A stretch of 64,000 nt of DNA from NCBI GenBank assembly GCA_002269645.1, contig NIVC01001293.1:1-64000 (forward strand). The letters run 5' to 3'. The notes below the pieces were generated by a model, which saw only the letters and a list, made by a program, of their open reading frames with translations, had not been told where the DNA came from and did no database searches. This stretch comes from Macrostomum lignano (Eukaryota). A program made the position numbers and the translations under genes. Shown here one piece after another: positions 1 to 12,389 of the stretch (positions are counted from its first letter, which is position 1; every line of letters begins with the position of its first letter).

Positions 1-1170
1 TAGGGATGCTTCTTAGAATTAGGGATGCTTCTTAGAATTAGGGATGGTTCTTAGAATTAGGGATGCTTTTAGAATTAGGGATGGTTCTTAGAATTAGGGA
101 TGGTTCTTAGAATTAGGGATGCTTCTTAGAATTAGGGATGCTTCTTAGAATTAGGGATATTCTTAGAATTAGGGATGCTTCTTAGAATTAGGGATGGTTC
201 TTAGAATTAGGGATGGTTCTTAGAATTAGGGATGATTCTTAGAATTAGGGATGATTCTTAGAATTAGGGATGCTTCTTAGAATTAGGGGATGATTATTAG
301 AATTAAGGATGCTTCTTAGAATTAGGGATACTTCTTAGAATTAGGGATGCTTCTTTGAATTAGGGGTGATTTTAGAATAAGGGATTATTCTTAGAATTAG
401 GGATGCTTCTTAGAATTAGGGATGCTTCTTTGAATTAGGGGTGATTTTAGAATAAGGGATTATTCTTAGAATTAGGGATGCTTCTTAGAATTAGGGATGG
501 TTCTTAGAATTAGGGATGGTTCTTAGAATTAGGATGATTCTTAGAATTAGGGATGATTCTTAGAATTAGGATGCTTCTTAGAATTAGGGGATGATTATTA
601 GAATTAAGGATGTTCTTAGAATTAGGGATACTTCTTAGAATTAGGGATGCTTCTTTGAATTAGGGGTGATTTTAGAATAAGGGATTATTCTTAGAATTAG
701 GCGATGATTCTTAGATTAGGGATGCTTCTTAGAATTAGGGATGGTTCTTAGAATTAGGGACGATTCTTAGAATTAGGGATGCTTCTTTGAATTAGGGGTG
801 ATTTTTAGAATAAGGGATTATTCTTAGAATTAGGCGATGATTCTTAGAATTAGGGGATGATTATTAGAATTAGGGATGGTTCTTAGAATTAGGGATGATT
901 CTTAGAATTAGGGATGCTTCTTGAATTAGGGTGATTTTTAGAATAAGGGATTATTCTTAGAATTAGGCGATGATTCTTAGAATTAGGGATGATTCTTAGA
1001 ACCAGAAATGATTCTTAGAATTAGGGATGATTCTTAGAATTAGGGATGATTTCTTAGAATTAGAATTAGGGATGATTCTTAGAATTAAGGATGGTTCTTA
1101 AATTAGGGACGGTTCTTAAAATTAGGGACGGTTCTTAAAATTAGGGGCGTTTTTTAGAATCAGGGAAAAT
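1..1170. repeat. 19-bp minisatellite (TAGGGATGCTTCTTAGAAT), each unit junction forming TTAGGG; truncated by the window edge
   Basis: Direct 19-nt periodicity that decays after about 1000. Confidence 0.95.
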
Positions 1171-1472
1171 TCTTAAAGTAGGTTATAATTTTTTACACAC
1201 TCTAAGTTCTAAAGATCTTTAGTACACACTCTGGGAGTCTGGGACTTAAAATATCTTCAGACTTCAGAGATCCAAAACACAAATATTTCAAGAAATCTTT
1301 GATTCAAGATGTTTCTTAGAAATCTCTAGATACTGATGATTCTAAGAAAGATTTCTAGTTAGTTTGAAGAAAAGTTATCTGCTCTCAAAACTAGCTATAG
1401 AACACAACATACATTAAGCGGTTGAAACCGTTCTGGATAATAAAAGATTAAACGATTAAACGATCAAAAAAA

Positions 1473-1710
1473 CTATCCAAGTGTCTTCAGACCAAGGCCG
1501 GTCTCTTCAGCGCTTCTCCTCCAGTCTCCGCAGCCCAGGCTCATTCTCACGAGAGAAGCAGAACTTCGTGGACAGAACGGCTGCTGCTCGGCGGTGCCAA
1601 CTGGGATTTGATCTTTGCCGCCGCTTACAGTTTTGCTGGATTCGCCAAGCGTTGGCAGTTCGGTGGCTGCCTGCTGGAATGGGGGGGGAGTTTTGAAACA
1701 CTTTTTCATT
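1473..1710 (-). CDS. Probable terminal exon of unkempt (coding status uncertain, may be 3'UTR)
   Basis: Acceptor CTTCCTGTGTTACAG (AG at 1712-1711) pairs with donor GG|GTAATG at 2466/2465. The 78-codon ORF (MKKCFKTPPP...) is in phase with unk exon 6 but lies downstream of a TGA. Confidence 0.4.
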
Positions 1711-1869
1711 CTGTAACACAGGAAGGCGCCTGCTTGTGGCGAATGACTGCCCAGATTTGAGTTGATGGCATGCAGCTGTGAATTCTGTCTTCTTTCCGCT
1801 GCCCACCTTTGGCTCTTCCTGTCTGTCCCTGCATCACTTTCTCATCTCTCCCATCATTCCCTATCCATT

Positions 1870-2345
1870 CCCCTCTCCCTCTATCTCTCCCCTCCATCTT
1901 TACCTTCATCTCTCCCCTCCATCTTTACCTTCATCTCTCCCTTCATCTCTCCGCTCCATCTTTACATTCATCTCTCCCCTTAATCTCTCCCTTCATCTCT
2001 CCGCTCCATCTTTACATTCATCTCTCCCCTTCATCTCTCCCTTCATCTCTCCGCTCCATCTTTACATTCATCTCTCCCCTTAATCTCAACCTTCATCTCT
2101 CCGCTCCATCTTTACATTCATCTCTCCCCTTCATCTCTCCCTTCATCTCTCCGCTCCATCTTTACATTCATCTCTCCCCTTCATCTCTCCCTTCATCTCT
2201 ACGCTCCATCTTTACATTCATCTCTCCCCTTCATCTCTCCCTTCATCTCTCCGCTCCATCTTTACATTCATCTCTCCCCTTCATCTCTCCCTTCATCTCT
2301 CCGCTCCATCTTTACATTCATCTCTCCCTCTATCTCTCCCTCCAT
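1870..2345. repeat. 50-bp composite CT-rich minisatellite in the putative last unk intron
   Basis: TTTACATTCA recurs at 1961, 2011 and onward with period 50. Confidence 0.9.
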
Positions 2346-2470
2346 CTCTCCCCTCCATCTTCACCTTCATCTCTCCCTACATCTCTCATCCAGCTCTCTC
2401 CCTCTCTCCTTCTCTCCATCGCTCCCTTCCTCCCTCCTATTTACTCTCCTCTCTCTTCCCATTACCCTCC

Positions 2471-5400
2471 TCAGTCTCCCGTAAACGGCGGCTCAGGTGT
2501 ACGCAAAGCAGGGCCAAGTGCCAAGCAACCAACCTCCAGCTGCAGCAGCGCTTGCAGACTGCTTCTAAAAGCGTCCCACTGTTCAATAGCGGCAGCCCGG
2601 CCGCCGTCAACACCTTCGCTAGCTTCGCTATTCATCGTCTCAGCAATCAGGGCGGCCTCTTTAACGCCGGCGCATAGGCGCCTTAATTCTGCTTCGGCGC
2701 TGGCGCGCTCTCGATTGGCGCGCTGAGCCGCCTCTTTGGCGCGCTGAGCCTCCTCATTGGCGCGCTCAATTTCGCATTCGTAGCGCAGTCGCTCTAATTC
2801 TAAGCCGGCATTTGAGAACGGACTCTCCGACATTAGTATTGGGCTCTGAGCGTAGTTGCAGCCGCCGCCGGCTTCGCTGTTGCTTGTCTGACGACGACGG
2901 GATACCGGCAGCTGCTGATGCGGCTGCTGCCTGCCGCTGGCGCTGCCCGCGCGGTGTCTGGCCTCGGTCTGAAGAGTTTCAAGATTGTTCCAAAATTTAA
3001 TTGTTTTCCGATAAAAAGGGTGGTAAAACGCGTCGATTTTTTCTACCCTACTTATAGTAGGTTTTCTTTTTTTTCAGACACGTAACCTAAATCAGATTAT
3101 CACCTCAAATAACGACTGCAAGGACGGAGATTCTTCCTGTTGCTGCTGCTGCCCGCCGCCAGGCAGCCCAGTCTGCACAGTCAGCGGACTGCAGGCGCTG
3201 ACCGCGGCAGCCGACGAGCTGTCCTGCGACAGATCGAATTCGCCAAAATCTGGCAGCAAAGCTGACGTAGCGGCCGCTGCTGCTGCGGCGGCGGCGGCTG
3301 CTGTGGTGCTGGATTCGTCGGCAAAATTGACGGCAGTTGATGGACTGTCGCAGTGGCGCCAACTGCCAGGCCTGACTCGAGCGATGTCGAACTCAAACCG
3401 CTGGTTGTGCGGCCTGAAATGCGAATTTGTTTAATGAATTTAATGAATTATCAATTTCTGCTTTAAGGTTATGAATTATCGATTTGTGCTTTTAGGTCCT
3501 GAATTATCGATTTTTATTTCAAGGTCATTATATATCGAATTTTACTTTAAGGTCATGAGTTATCGATTTGTGCTTTAAGGCCATGCATTATCGATTTGTG
3601 CTTCAAGGTAATGAATTATCGATTTTTACTTAAAATCTATCGATTTCTACGAAACAATAATGAACTATCAATTTTTATTGGGGTAATCAAAGGTAGACAT
3701 TAAATAGAAATATCGATTTATTAAATAACAAACGAAAAGTCAATAATCAATTCAAGTTCGAGATGAACTTACCTTTAATAGCGGTAGTAATAGATCTCTC
3801 CCAGACAGTCGGCGAAACCAACTGGCCCATAGTTATTGGATTAATAACTGGGGAAGATTGCTGCTGCTGCTGGTGCTGCATGGCAACGGCCGAGAGCAGG
3901 CCTTGGAGTTCGATGTCCTGCATAAAATTGCGACCAAAATTCATTTCGGCCTCGTCGTGAGCGAAAGCGCAGAACGGGCCCCTGGGGCAGTAGTGCTGCT
4001 GCATAATGTCGTTGCACTTGGTGGATTTGTAGATCTACAATGAGAAACAGCATGGGGACACTTGTATTTTGGCTAATACGCAAACGCGCCCCCAATAAAT
4101 AAATGCGAATGGAAAGGTTAACACGTGTCTCATTGCTTTTAAGTTTTCTGTTTTAAAACAGGCAAACAACTACTTAAAAGCAGCATCGGCCATCGGACAG
4201 GCACGCGCGCCCGCCCTGGCTTCCTTGTAAGAAAATAAACATCAGCAGATTGGAACTGACTACTTTAGGAATCTTTTTTTTCAGTAGGTTATATGGGGCA
4301 TAGAAAGTAATAATGTAGTTACAATAATAAGGCCCTGGGCCTGGTGTACGCGGTCCAATTTGAGGGCGAAGAAGGGCATCATGGGACATTGGGAGGCATC
4401 GGTACAAAGCGTAGCACGTGATTCGCGCTCACATGGTTTTGGCTTCGCGGAGGGGGGGGGCTTGGGTCGTGGAAAATGAACAGCGGTTCAAAGTGCGTGC
4501 AAGTTCTATTTATAGAAACACAAGTGGCAAGGTCGCCACCGCTGATTGGTTGAGGGCTGCCCAAGTACTAAAAAGCCGCGGAAAATTCCTATTTTTCTCT
4601 CGTGATTCCATCTTGCTTTTCATTCCTAAGGAAAATTGGGTGCAACGAGAGGACAAATTTGAGAAACGAGGAGTAGGCGTAAAAATGGGAAGGAAGAAAA
4701 ATGACGTTGTTTGGGAATAAGGGCAACGGGGAAATCTTCCACGCAGGAACACCGGCAGGCCAATAGGGAACGGCTTTTTGAGCTGGTTTTCATTCTAATC
4801 CGGTTAGAGGGGGGGGGGTTGGTGCTGGTAATTCTGGCTCTTCCCTTAAAGTGTGGCACGCCCCTCCTTTACCCCCGCCCCCCCCCCCCAAAGCCTTAAC
4901 GTTGAAAACAAGGAGAGGAGGGGTGGGTGTCGCGTGAAGGTCACTAGAAGAGAGTTCAAACCGAGTGCGTCAGCCGAAGACCGAGAATTGGGACGTTAAG
5001 GCTCGACGCCCCAACTCGACCGCCCCCCCCCAGCACTCTTCGCCCCTTTGAACTTGAAGCCCAAGCCCGTACACACACACAAGCTCTGTGGCAGTCAGAA
5101 GCCTAAAAGGAATTACGGAAAGAGGAAAAGCTTAGTGCCTTTTTATATCATGTGACCGTACGAGTGTGAACTGTGAAATGAAAAAATAGTTCTGTCCTTT
5201 CTATCTTTTCTTCAGTTTTAAGTTAACGAAGAACTTATTTGGTATCTCTACGTTGTCCATAGTCGAGTCAATCAATGTTTTCTATTTATTAATACTGTTT
5301 TTGTTGTTGCACACTAGCTAGGCTTATTTATAAATAGGCAGTCACAGCGGAGCACGTGTACACACACCCTCACACACACACCGTTTCTAAGAGCACAGGA

Positions 5401-8199
5401 AATAGAAACACAAAAATAAGTGCGTGAAAAAAACAAAATAAGATAGTTTGAAAATAGCACACTGTAATGTCCACTTTTGAAAAGTTTCATTGCAAAATTA
5501 ACCAGAAGAGAGCAACTATCAGGTGGTGCTCGCTTTAATATTTTTATCTGTTTATCAGTAGTCTAATCCAGGCCTCAAGCAAAACTATCAGTACTTACTG
5601 ATTCAAAACATTTTTGCAGATTTTTATTCGTGATCTACATACATTGCTGACCCCGCAAAGACATCTGAGGATTTTTATCCCCTTTGACTTCTCAAAGAAG
5701 GGTTCGCCCCTGATCCCTGATCAGCTCCCCAAACAAGGATTTTGCCCCCACTTGTGACCCCCCCCACAAACAAGGATTTTGTCCTCACTCGTGACCCCCC
5801 AGCAAGGATTTTGTCCCCACTTGTGACCCCCCAGCAAGGATTTTGTCCCCACTTGTGACCCCCCGCAAGGATTTCGTCCCTAGATGTGATCATGTGACCC
5901 CCAAACAAGAATTTTGTCCCCACTTGTGACCCCCCCCAACAGGTAATTTTACCCACTTGTGACACCCCCAACAAGAATTTGTCCCCACTTGTGACCCTCA
6001 CACAAGGCTTTTGTCCCTAGATGTGACCCCCCAAACAAGTATGTTATCCCCACTTGTGACCCTCACACAAGGCTTTTGTCCCCAGATGTGACCCCCCCCC
6101 AAACAAGTATGTTATCCCCACTTGTGACCCTCACACAAGGCTTTTGTCCCCAGATGTGACCCCCCCCCAAACAAGTATGTTATCCTTGTGACCCTTGAAA
6201 AATTATTTTGCTTCCCCTACTGAACCTTAAGTGACTCCCAAAGGACTTTGCCCTCCCCCATGCAGAGCTTCCCAAAAGAAATTGTTGACCAACCCAATCA
6301 AAGCTGCACAATAACTGACTCACTCACCTCAGGGTGGAACTGCTGCTCAGTCCTGGTGTGACAGAACTGGCACTCCTCGCCAGCCTCGCAAATGCTGCTA
6401 TCCGACCATTCGTCCGAGGATTTCACAGTCGGACAGGGGGTCGATCTGTTGATTATAAGTTTAGAAAATTCAAGTATAAGTGTAATTATAATATTAGGGG
6501 GTCAATGTGTACTATAATAAATTTACAATCATATTTCACACCAATCTGGTTTGTGTACTTCGGACCCTGCCCTTCTTTCAGGCCTGTGTGCATTCTATTG
6601 CAACTCAATTTTTCTTCCAACTCCGCCCAGCGGACAGCCGCATGTAGGGATAAGAAGTACACGTGCACTAGAGCGAAAATTTAGTGCAGGCGTACTTTTT
6701 TAAGCAGCAGCCTATAGGAGATAGCTACAGCCTACAGCAACTTCAAATTGCAGACTGTGCTGCTAACTGGGCGCCGAGCAACCCCCTCACCCCCCCCCCC
6801 TAAGCTTGGCTAAATAGTGCAAACAGACTATGTAACAATAATACAATGTAGGCAAGTTAAATAACGTTTTGATTAGTTTATTCTAACTCCAGTCATTCCT
6901 GCAATTAAAAGAATTGTCAGACTAATATCATATTTATTATTCCATGAGAAATTTACGACTATGTGAGAATTCAATACACAAGTACAATTAGTACACTATG
7001 CACTTGTCGGATTTAGAACGATTCAACAACAGGGCAAGAAAAGTTTTTCAATACTTTGTGTATGTCAGCTGTTTCTGTCTGGCCCAGCATAGTTCGCCTA
7101 CACCTTTAACTTAGCTAAATAAAACTAAAACTGAAAAAAATTGGAAAGTGCTTATGAAAGCAGAAATACGAGCTTTAATTTCCGATAATGGTAGTTCTGC
7201 CCGTAGTTGTCTCAAATTGGTTGTGGATCCAGGATTTTTCTTGTGGAAAAGATGTTCATTTCTATTTCTATTTATGGGCAAAATGCATTGCAGAAAACAG
7301 GACGGCAGTCAAATTTCGGCGGGCAATTCTCATGGATGTGTTTTTAAATCTCAATATTTACCAAGTATTAAATGAAGCATATTCTAAAAGGCCATATTGA
7401 ACTTGGACAACGATTTGTTTTCGATGCGCAAACTTGTCTAAAAACAGTTTTGTACTTTTTAATTGTACTTTTTTAGATCGCGTACAAGTCGAAATCCAAC
7501 CAGAACACCAAGTGAAAAATAAGGCTATGGGTTCACTGTACATGCACAAGTGAACACGCGGATAGCTTAACCTGTTGTTGCTAAAAATAGAGCAAGTTCT
7601 CGTGCACACCGACAACACCGTTTAAAAATGCATGCGGGGCCGGGAGGGGTTGGGGGGACGGGGTGAAGGAGAGGAAAGTTTTACAAGCCTCCACGCCAAA
7701 ACACCCCCCCCCCCCGGCCTTTTAGCTCCAACTTACACACACAAGCACAACAACACTTTAACCAACCGGAAATCTGGCAGTTTGGGCTAGGCGGATTTTT
7801 GCACTTAGGCCTGCTAAATTTAGCGCGTGACTAATGTAAGCAATAACATGTTAAGGAAACTATTGCAAACGATTCCATTACGTTTACTGACTATCGCAGG
7901 GGAGGGAGGGACGAGAGGCAGAAGGATCGGTCGAAGGACAACAAGTGCATTTTAAGGAAGTTTGCGCGTCGTCTAGTGTATTGGGTGTGGTGTGGTGGCT
8001 CCCAGTCCCAAGCCTCATTCATCCATTCTCTTCCAAATACACTAATTCCCAATAAACCGCGCCCACGATTTATGGGGATTTTAGTGGTTATGGTTAATAA
8101 CAAAATTCAAAGCCCATCTCACGATGTGCGCACTCAACGAACTGTGTAATTTAGACTATGCCCCAAACCCAACGTCCGACGTCCGTTTGTTGCTAGCAA

Positions 8200-8233
<34 letters not shown>

Positions 8234-10219
8234 TGTTGCAAGTTTAATAAGAAAGTATTAATCTAAATATACTTTATGTTTTAAACTCTAAATAAAGCCA
8301 ACGTAGGCGACTTAGCGAGGAAAAACGGGGCTAAAAATAGAATTTACCGAATAAAACCCTTCAACAAGGTACAAAAAACGACATGTACGTTTTTAAAGGT
8401 TTCATATATGCACAGCATAACTAACAAATATGAAATATACCAATAAGTTAACACACCCAACAAAAATAAATTTATATACAACTTTATAACATCCTCGTCG
8501 TAGACTTTGGAGATAATAAGCAATTAATGAGAAAATGCTGATGACTCACCGATACTTGAACCGGTGCGGTTGACGCCTCTTATCCTTGGCGTTGTGATAG
8601 AACGGACAGGCGTAACCCTGTCTGCACATCCTTGGCGGCTTCCTGCAGGGCTCAGTCTTGTAATTAGCCAACACGTAACCCATATCGTTCCATTTAGGAT
8701 CTTCGGACAGGACTCGTTCCTTCTCTAGACTGGCCGGCAGGTTCACCGGACAGTCGCTAGCCTCTTGCACTTCGCGAATGTCATAGACTGGCACACGCAG
8801 ATCAGTGGCGCCATGAGCAAAGGCGCAGTGTGTACCGTTGCGCGAGCACTGGCCCCTTGTGTCCGTGTCGTGAATGCAGGTGCCAGTTTTGAAATAGCGC
8901 AAATGGTAGCGGCGCTCCGTGTCGCCAGCATTGCGATGCAGGTATGGACAGGCATCTCCATTTGGGCATTCGCCGCGGGTCTCGTCATATTTATCGCAGT
9001 ACACATCTGGCGAATATGAGAACGTGCCATCTGGCTTGCGAAGTGGCCGCCTTCGCCGCTGATTTGGGAAATGCCAGTGAAAGCAGGTGAATGGTTTGTG
9101 CTGCGAGCATTTGTGATTTGCAAACAGCGGGCACTGCTGAGTGCGGAAGTCGCGCAGGTAACTAAAATCAATGGGAAATTTGTAGGATAGGATTTTATAG
9201 AGCAAACTTGCATTCTACTAGACTAAATGCATTGGAAAAGTAAAAACACTTTGGATATCATTTGTTTCCATGAATAGAAAACTGCAAAAGCCTGTCTATG
9301 CCATTATTGGCTTTAAAAGAAACCTTATTTTAGGACTAATATTCCAAGGCTTTTGTAAAACATGTGTGTATGCTTACAAATATGAGATACAAAGCTAACC
9401 TAAAATTAAAAAGGTATATGCTTGTCTTATTTGACTGAATAAAAAGTTCTAGGTTTATTTTTTGTACAATAGGGATGTTATAGCAAACTGATTTTCCAAA
9501 TTGCATCTTCTTGAAATTGGAACTTGGATACAATTCCACAACTTAGTGACTTAGTGTCATTTAGTGTCTAGAACCAGAATTAGTTCAAAGCTTTTCAAAT
9601 TGTCTGTTCCATTTTCAGAATCAGTTCCAGACAGAACCATGATCCAATTCTAGAATTTGGTTTGAGAAATTTTCTCAATCCATTGTCATGTTTACATTTC
9701 ATTAGTAAATTACATTTTAAATTGTGAATTTTTTTATTATTGATTTATTAGTATTCTCTTGTTCTTACATTAATTAAAAACAAAAGTACCCATTAGCCCT
9801 ATACTCCCCTACATCATTAAACTAAAAAATTGATTTTGCTATTCTTATATTCTTTCACAAGTTTCATTTTTTACTAAATAGAAGGAATTTTGTATTGTAT
9901 AGTTGTTCAACATATAAATTTTAGTTTTAATTTAAAAAAAAATAGTCGAGTTATGTACTTGTATTAGTGTATATGTGTAATAGATTCATAGTATTAGTAA
10001 GTAAGCATAAAGTACTCACGTCAGATGCTGAGGCTTCACGTACACTTGGGGCATTCCAATCCCTTGAGGAGCAAGGTCGAGCTCCACTGGCAGAGCAACT
10101 CCTTGCAATGATTGTGTCACAGTGTTCATCACTGGAGACAATCTAGCTATATTTGTGTTGATTATTAAGCTTGTAAGACTAGACACAGGAGTCTGAGGAA
10201 CCGGTGAAACAGATGACAT
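2471..10219 (-). CDS. unk: Unkempt-family RNA-binding protein (six CCCH zinc fingers, low-complexity middle, C-terminal coiled coil)
   Basis: Exons 10219-10020, 9161-8550, 6445-6328, 4034-3773, 3413-3104, 2968-2471, all GT-AG. Motifs KPQHLT-YLRDFRTQQCPLF, YSPDVYC, HLRYFKTGTC, YKTEPCRKPPRMCRQGYACPFYH, YRSTPCP...CHTRTEQQFHPEIYKSTKC...CPRGPFCAFAH match known Unkempt proteins. Exon lengths sum to 2000 nt, one base short of a full frame (see findings). Confidence 0.93.
3430..3720. repeat. Degenerate ~28-bp minisatellite (ATGAATTATCGATTTGTGCTTTAAGGTC) filling unk intron 4
   Basis: Repeated TTATCGATTT cores. Confidence 0.8.
5725..6195. repeat. ~31-bp minisatellite (CCCCACTTGTGACCCCCCAGCAAGGATTTTGT) in unk intron 3
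   Basis: Direct periodicity. Confidence 0.9.
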
Positions 10220-12389
10220 AATATAATGCTTGAAAAGGTCAATTCAAGGTTACAATTGCTTCTCTGATTATTACGAATTTTTAGAGTACGCAAACATAGT
10301 TGTATATACACACGATGAGCATGCAGTGTCAAAGCGTGGCGCAATTGCTATATATACTAAAATTTGTAGTCAATGTATATAAACTTTTAGTTTTCGTGCC
10401 CCAAATTAAAATTTCAAAAAATTGAAAAACCTAAGTTAAATACATAGTCTGAGTTTAAGCTTTAAATCTAAAATTTTTCATAGTTAGATACCAAACACAT
10501 AGTTTAAACCGTAGAATGAATTTCCGAGTTTTTACACGCTAAAATTGAAATCTACTTGATTACCATATGCCATCCTGACCTGACTTTGCCTGACTCTGCC
10601 TGATAATGTATTGGATTGGTCATTGATCCCACCATAGTGGCCTAGCCTAATCTTAGCCTTAGCAAAATCGATTGGATGAAATCCAAATTTTTTATTTGTG
10701 GATTAGACTGTTAGGATATTAGCCTACATTACGTAGGTCCAGTCAAGAGTTAGGCTGGACTCAGCTGTTTTCCACCAGCCCAGCGCCAGCGTCTGTTTAA
10801 TAACAATAATAATAAGTCCAAAGTCAAGTAATTTCTATTTTATTATTAGTAGGCCCTACTAAATGCCAATTATCGTCTATTTATATTAGTAGAGGGTGGC
10901 CGTGCCCGTGGGTGGGCCCTAGGCCTATTATTAATAATAGGGGCCTAGGAGATTAGGCCTAGCCTAGGCCGCTAGGCTAGGCCTACTGTCTATAGATTTG
11001 ATAGATATAGGCCCTAGTGTATAGGGCCTAATAATATTTTTAATAATATAAAATAATAGGGCCTATGCCTAAATAATTAATAATATGTACTCATATAAAT
11101 ATTAGAATTATATACTGTACTGGCCCCTACTAGTAGGCCCTAGGCCTAGTCACAGTATCCACTGAGTAGGCCTAGGGCCTATGGAGATTTATTATATAAG
11201 TAAAAAAAATCTCTATATAGCTGTAGGCCTAGGCCCCTATCTATAGGGCCTACTTATGAATCAGAATCATGATAGGCCTACTCTATACTATAGCCATAGG
11301 CCTATATACAAATATACTAGGCCCTAGGCTAACTATTCTATAATCTATTAAATATACTAAATATTAGGCTTGTCTAGACTGTTTTCTAATAGTAGATAGG
11401 CCCTTATTTCAACTGACCTCCATATGCTAGTGTTGGTTTAATAATAGACATAAAGGCCTAACAAATATACTTTATAGGTCTATAGCTTTACATTTTAGTA
11501 TATAGGATAACTTTTAAGCCCTAAGGCGTAAGCCTACAATTCTACTTGTTATTGCTAGTAGCATCAGCCTTCAATTTAATCAAACTTTGATTTAGTTTAG
11601 ATTAAGACTTCATTTTGCTATAAAACTTACATATTTAATTCATTATCAAATTTTGTCATGAAGGTAAAATAAGGGCCTATCCTAGTATTAAAATATTACA
11701 AACTTTAGTATTTATCCTTGGTTTACCATAATTTTTACTTGCTAGGCTGGCTAGGCCTAGCAATTGTATATAAACATTTAATAGATATCTAGGTTCAGAT
11801 ATACAAAAATTAAGTTTTATTATAACCTTAACCTTTGGATTGAAAGAAATTAAGGGTTGGACAATCTCAAATATTTAAGATTTTTTGAGAATCAAGATTT
11901 ATATTTTCAAAATAATTGAGATTCAATCAAAATTTAAGATTAAGCCTAATTAGCAACTAGCTGATAGGCCTATTTATACTATTCTATCTATCAATATTAA
12001 TCTTGTTTTTTTAAATATATACAGTGATAAAAATCGAAAAAACAATGATTATTTAATATTGAGCATATTAATAACTTCATAGATATCAAATGTAACTATG
12101 ATAGTATTAGCAACTTTATAGGTTGTTCTACAATATTATATTCAAGTTTGAAATGGTGCCACAATATAGTGCTTTTGAGTACTAGATAAAGCAATTTATA
12201 AAGAAGTAAATAAAGCAATAGCTAGAGTGGTAGATAGAGAAATAGATAGGGCAGTAAAAATAGCAATAAATAGAGCAATAGATAAGAACTAAAGGATAAA
12301 GAATTTTATAATACTATTTTCTATCCCTTTTGGCCATAGGCATTTTCTATCATAGTATTATGTTGCAATACTAATACAAAATTGAAAAT

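Noticed and set aside
1200-2470. SECIS element that would make the unk TGA a selenocysteine
   Set aside because: No convincing ATGA...AA...GA stem-loop found by eye, and Unkempt is not a known selenoprotein. A SECISearch run is needed.
4190-5110. GC/G-run-rich segments in unk introns (also 7620-7720, 19430-19600, 43500-43680) that look like MITE fragments
   Set aside because: Could not define matching TIRs or TSDs by eye.
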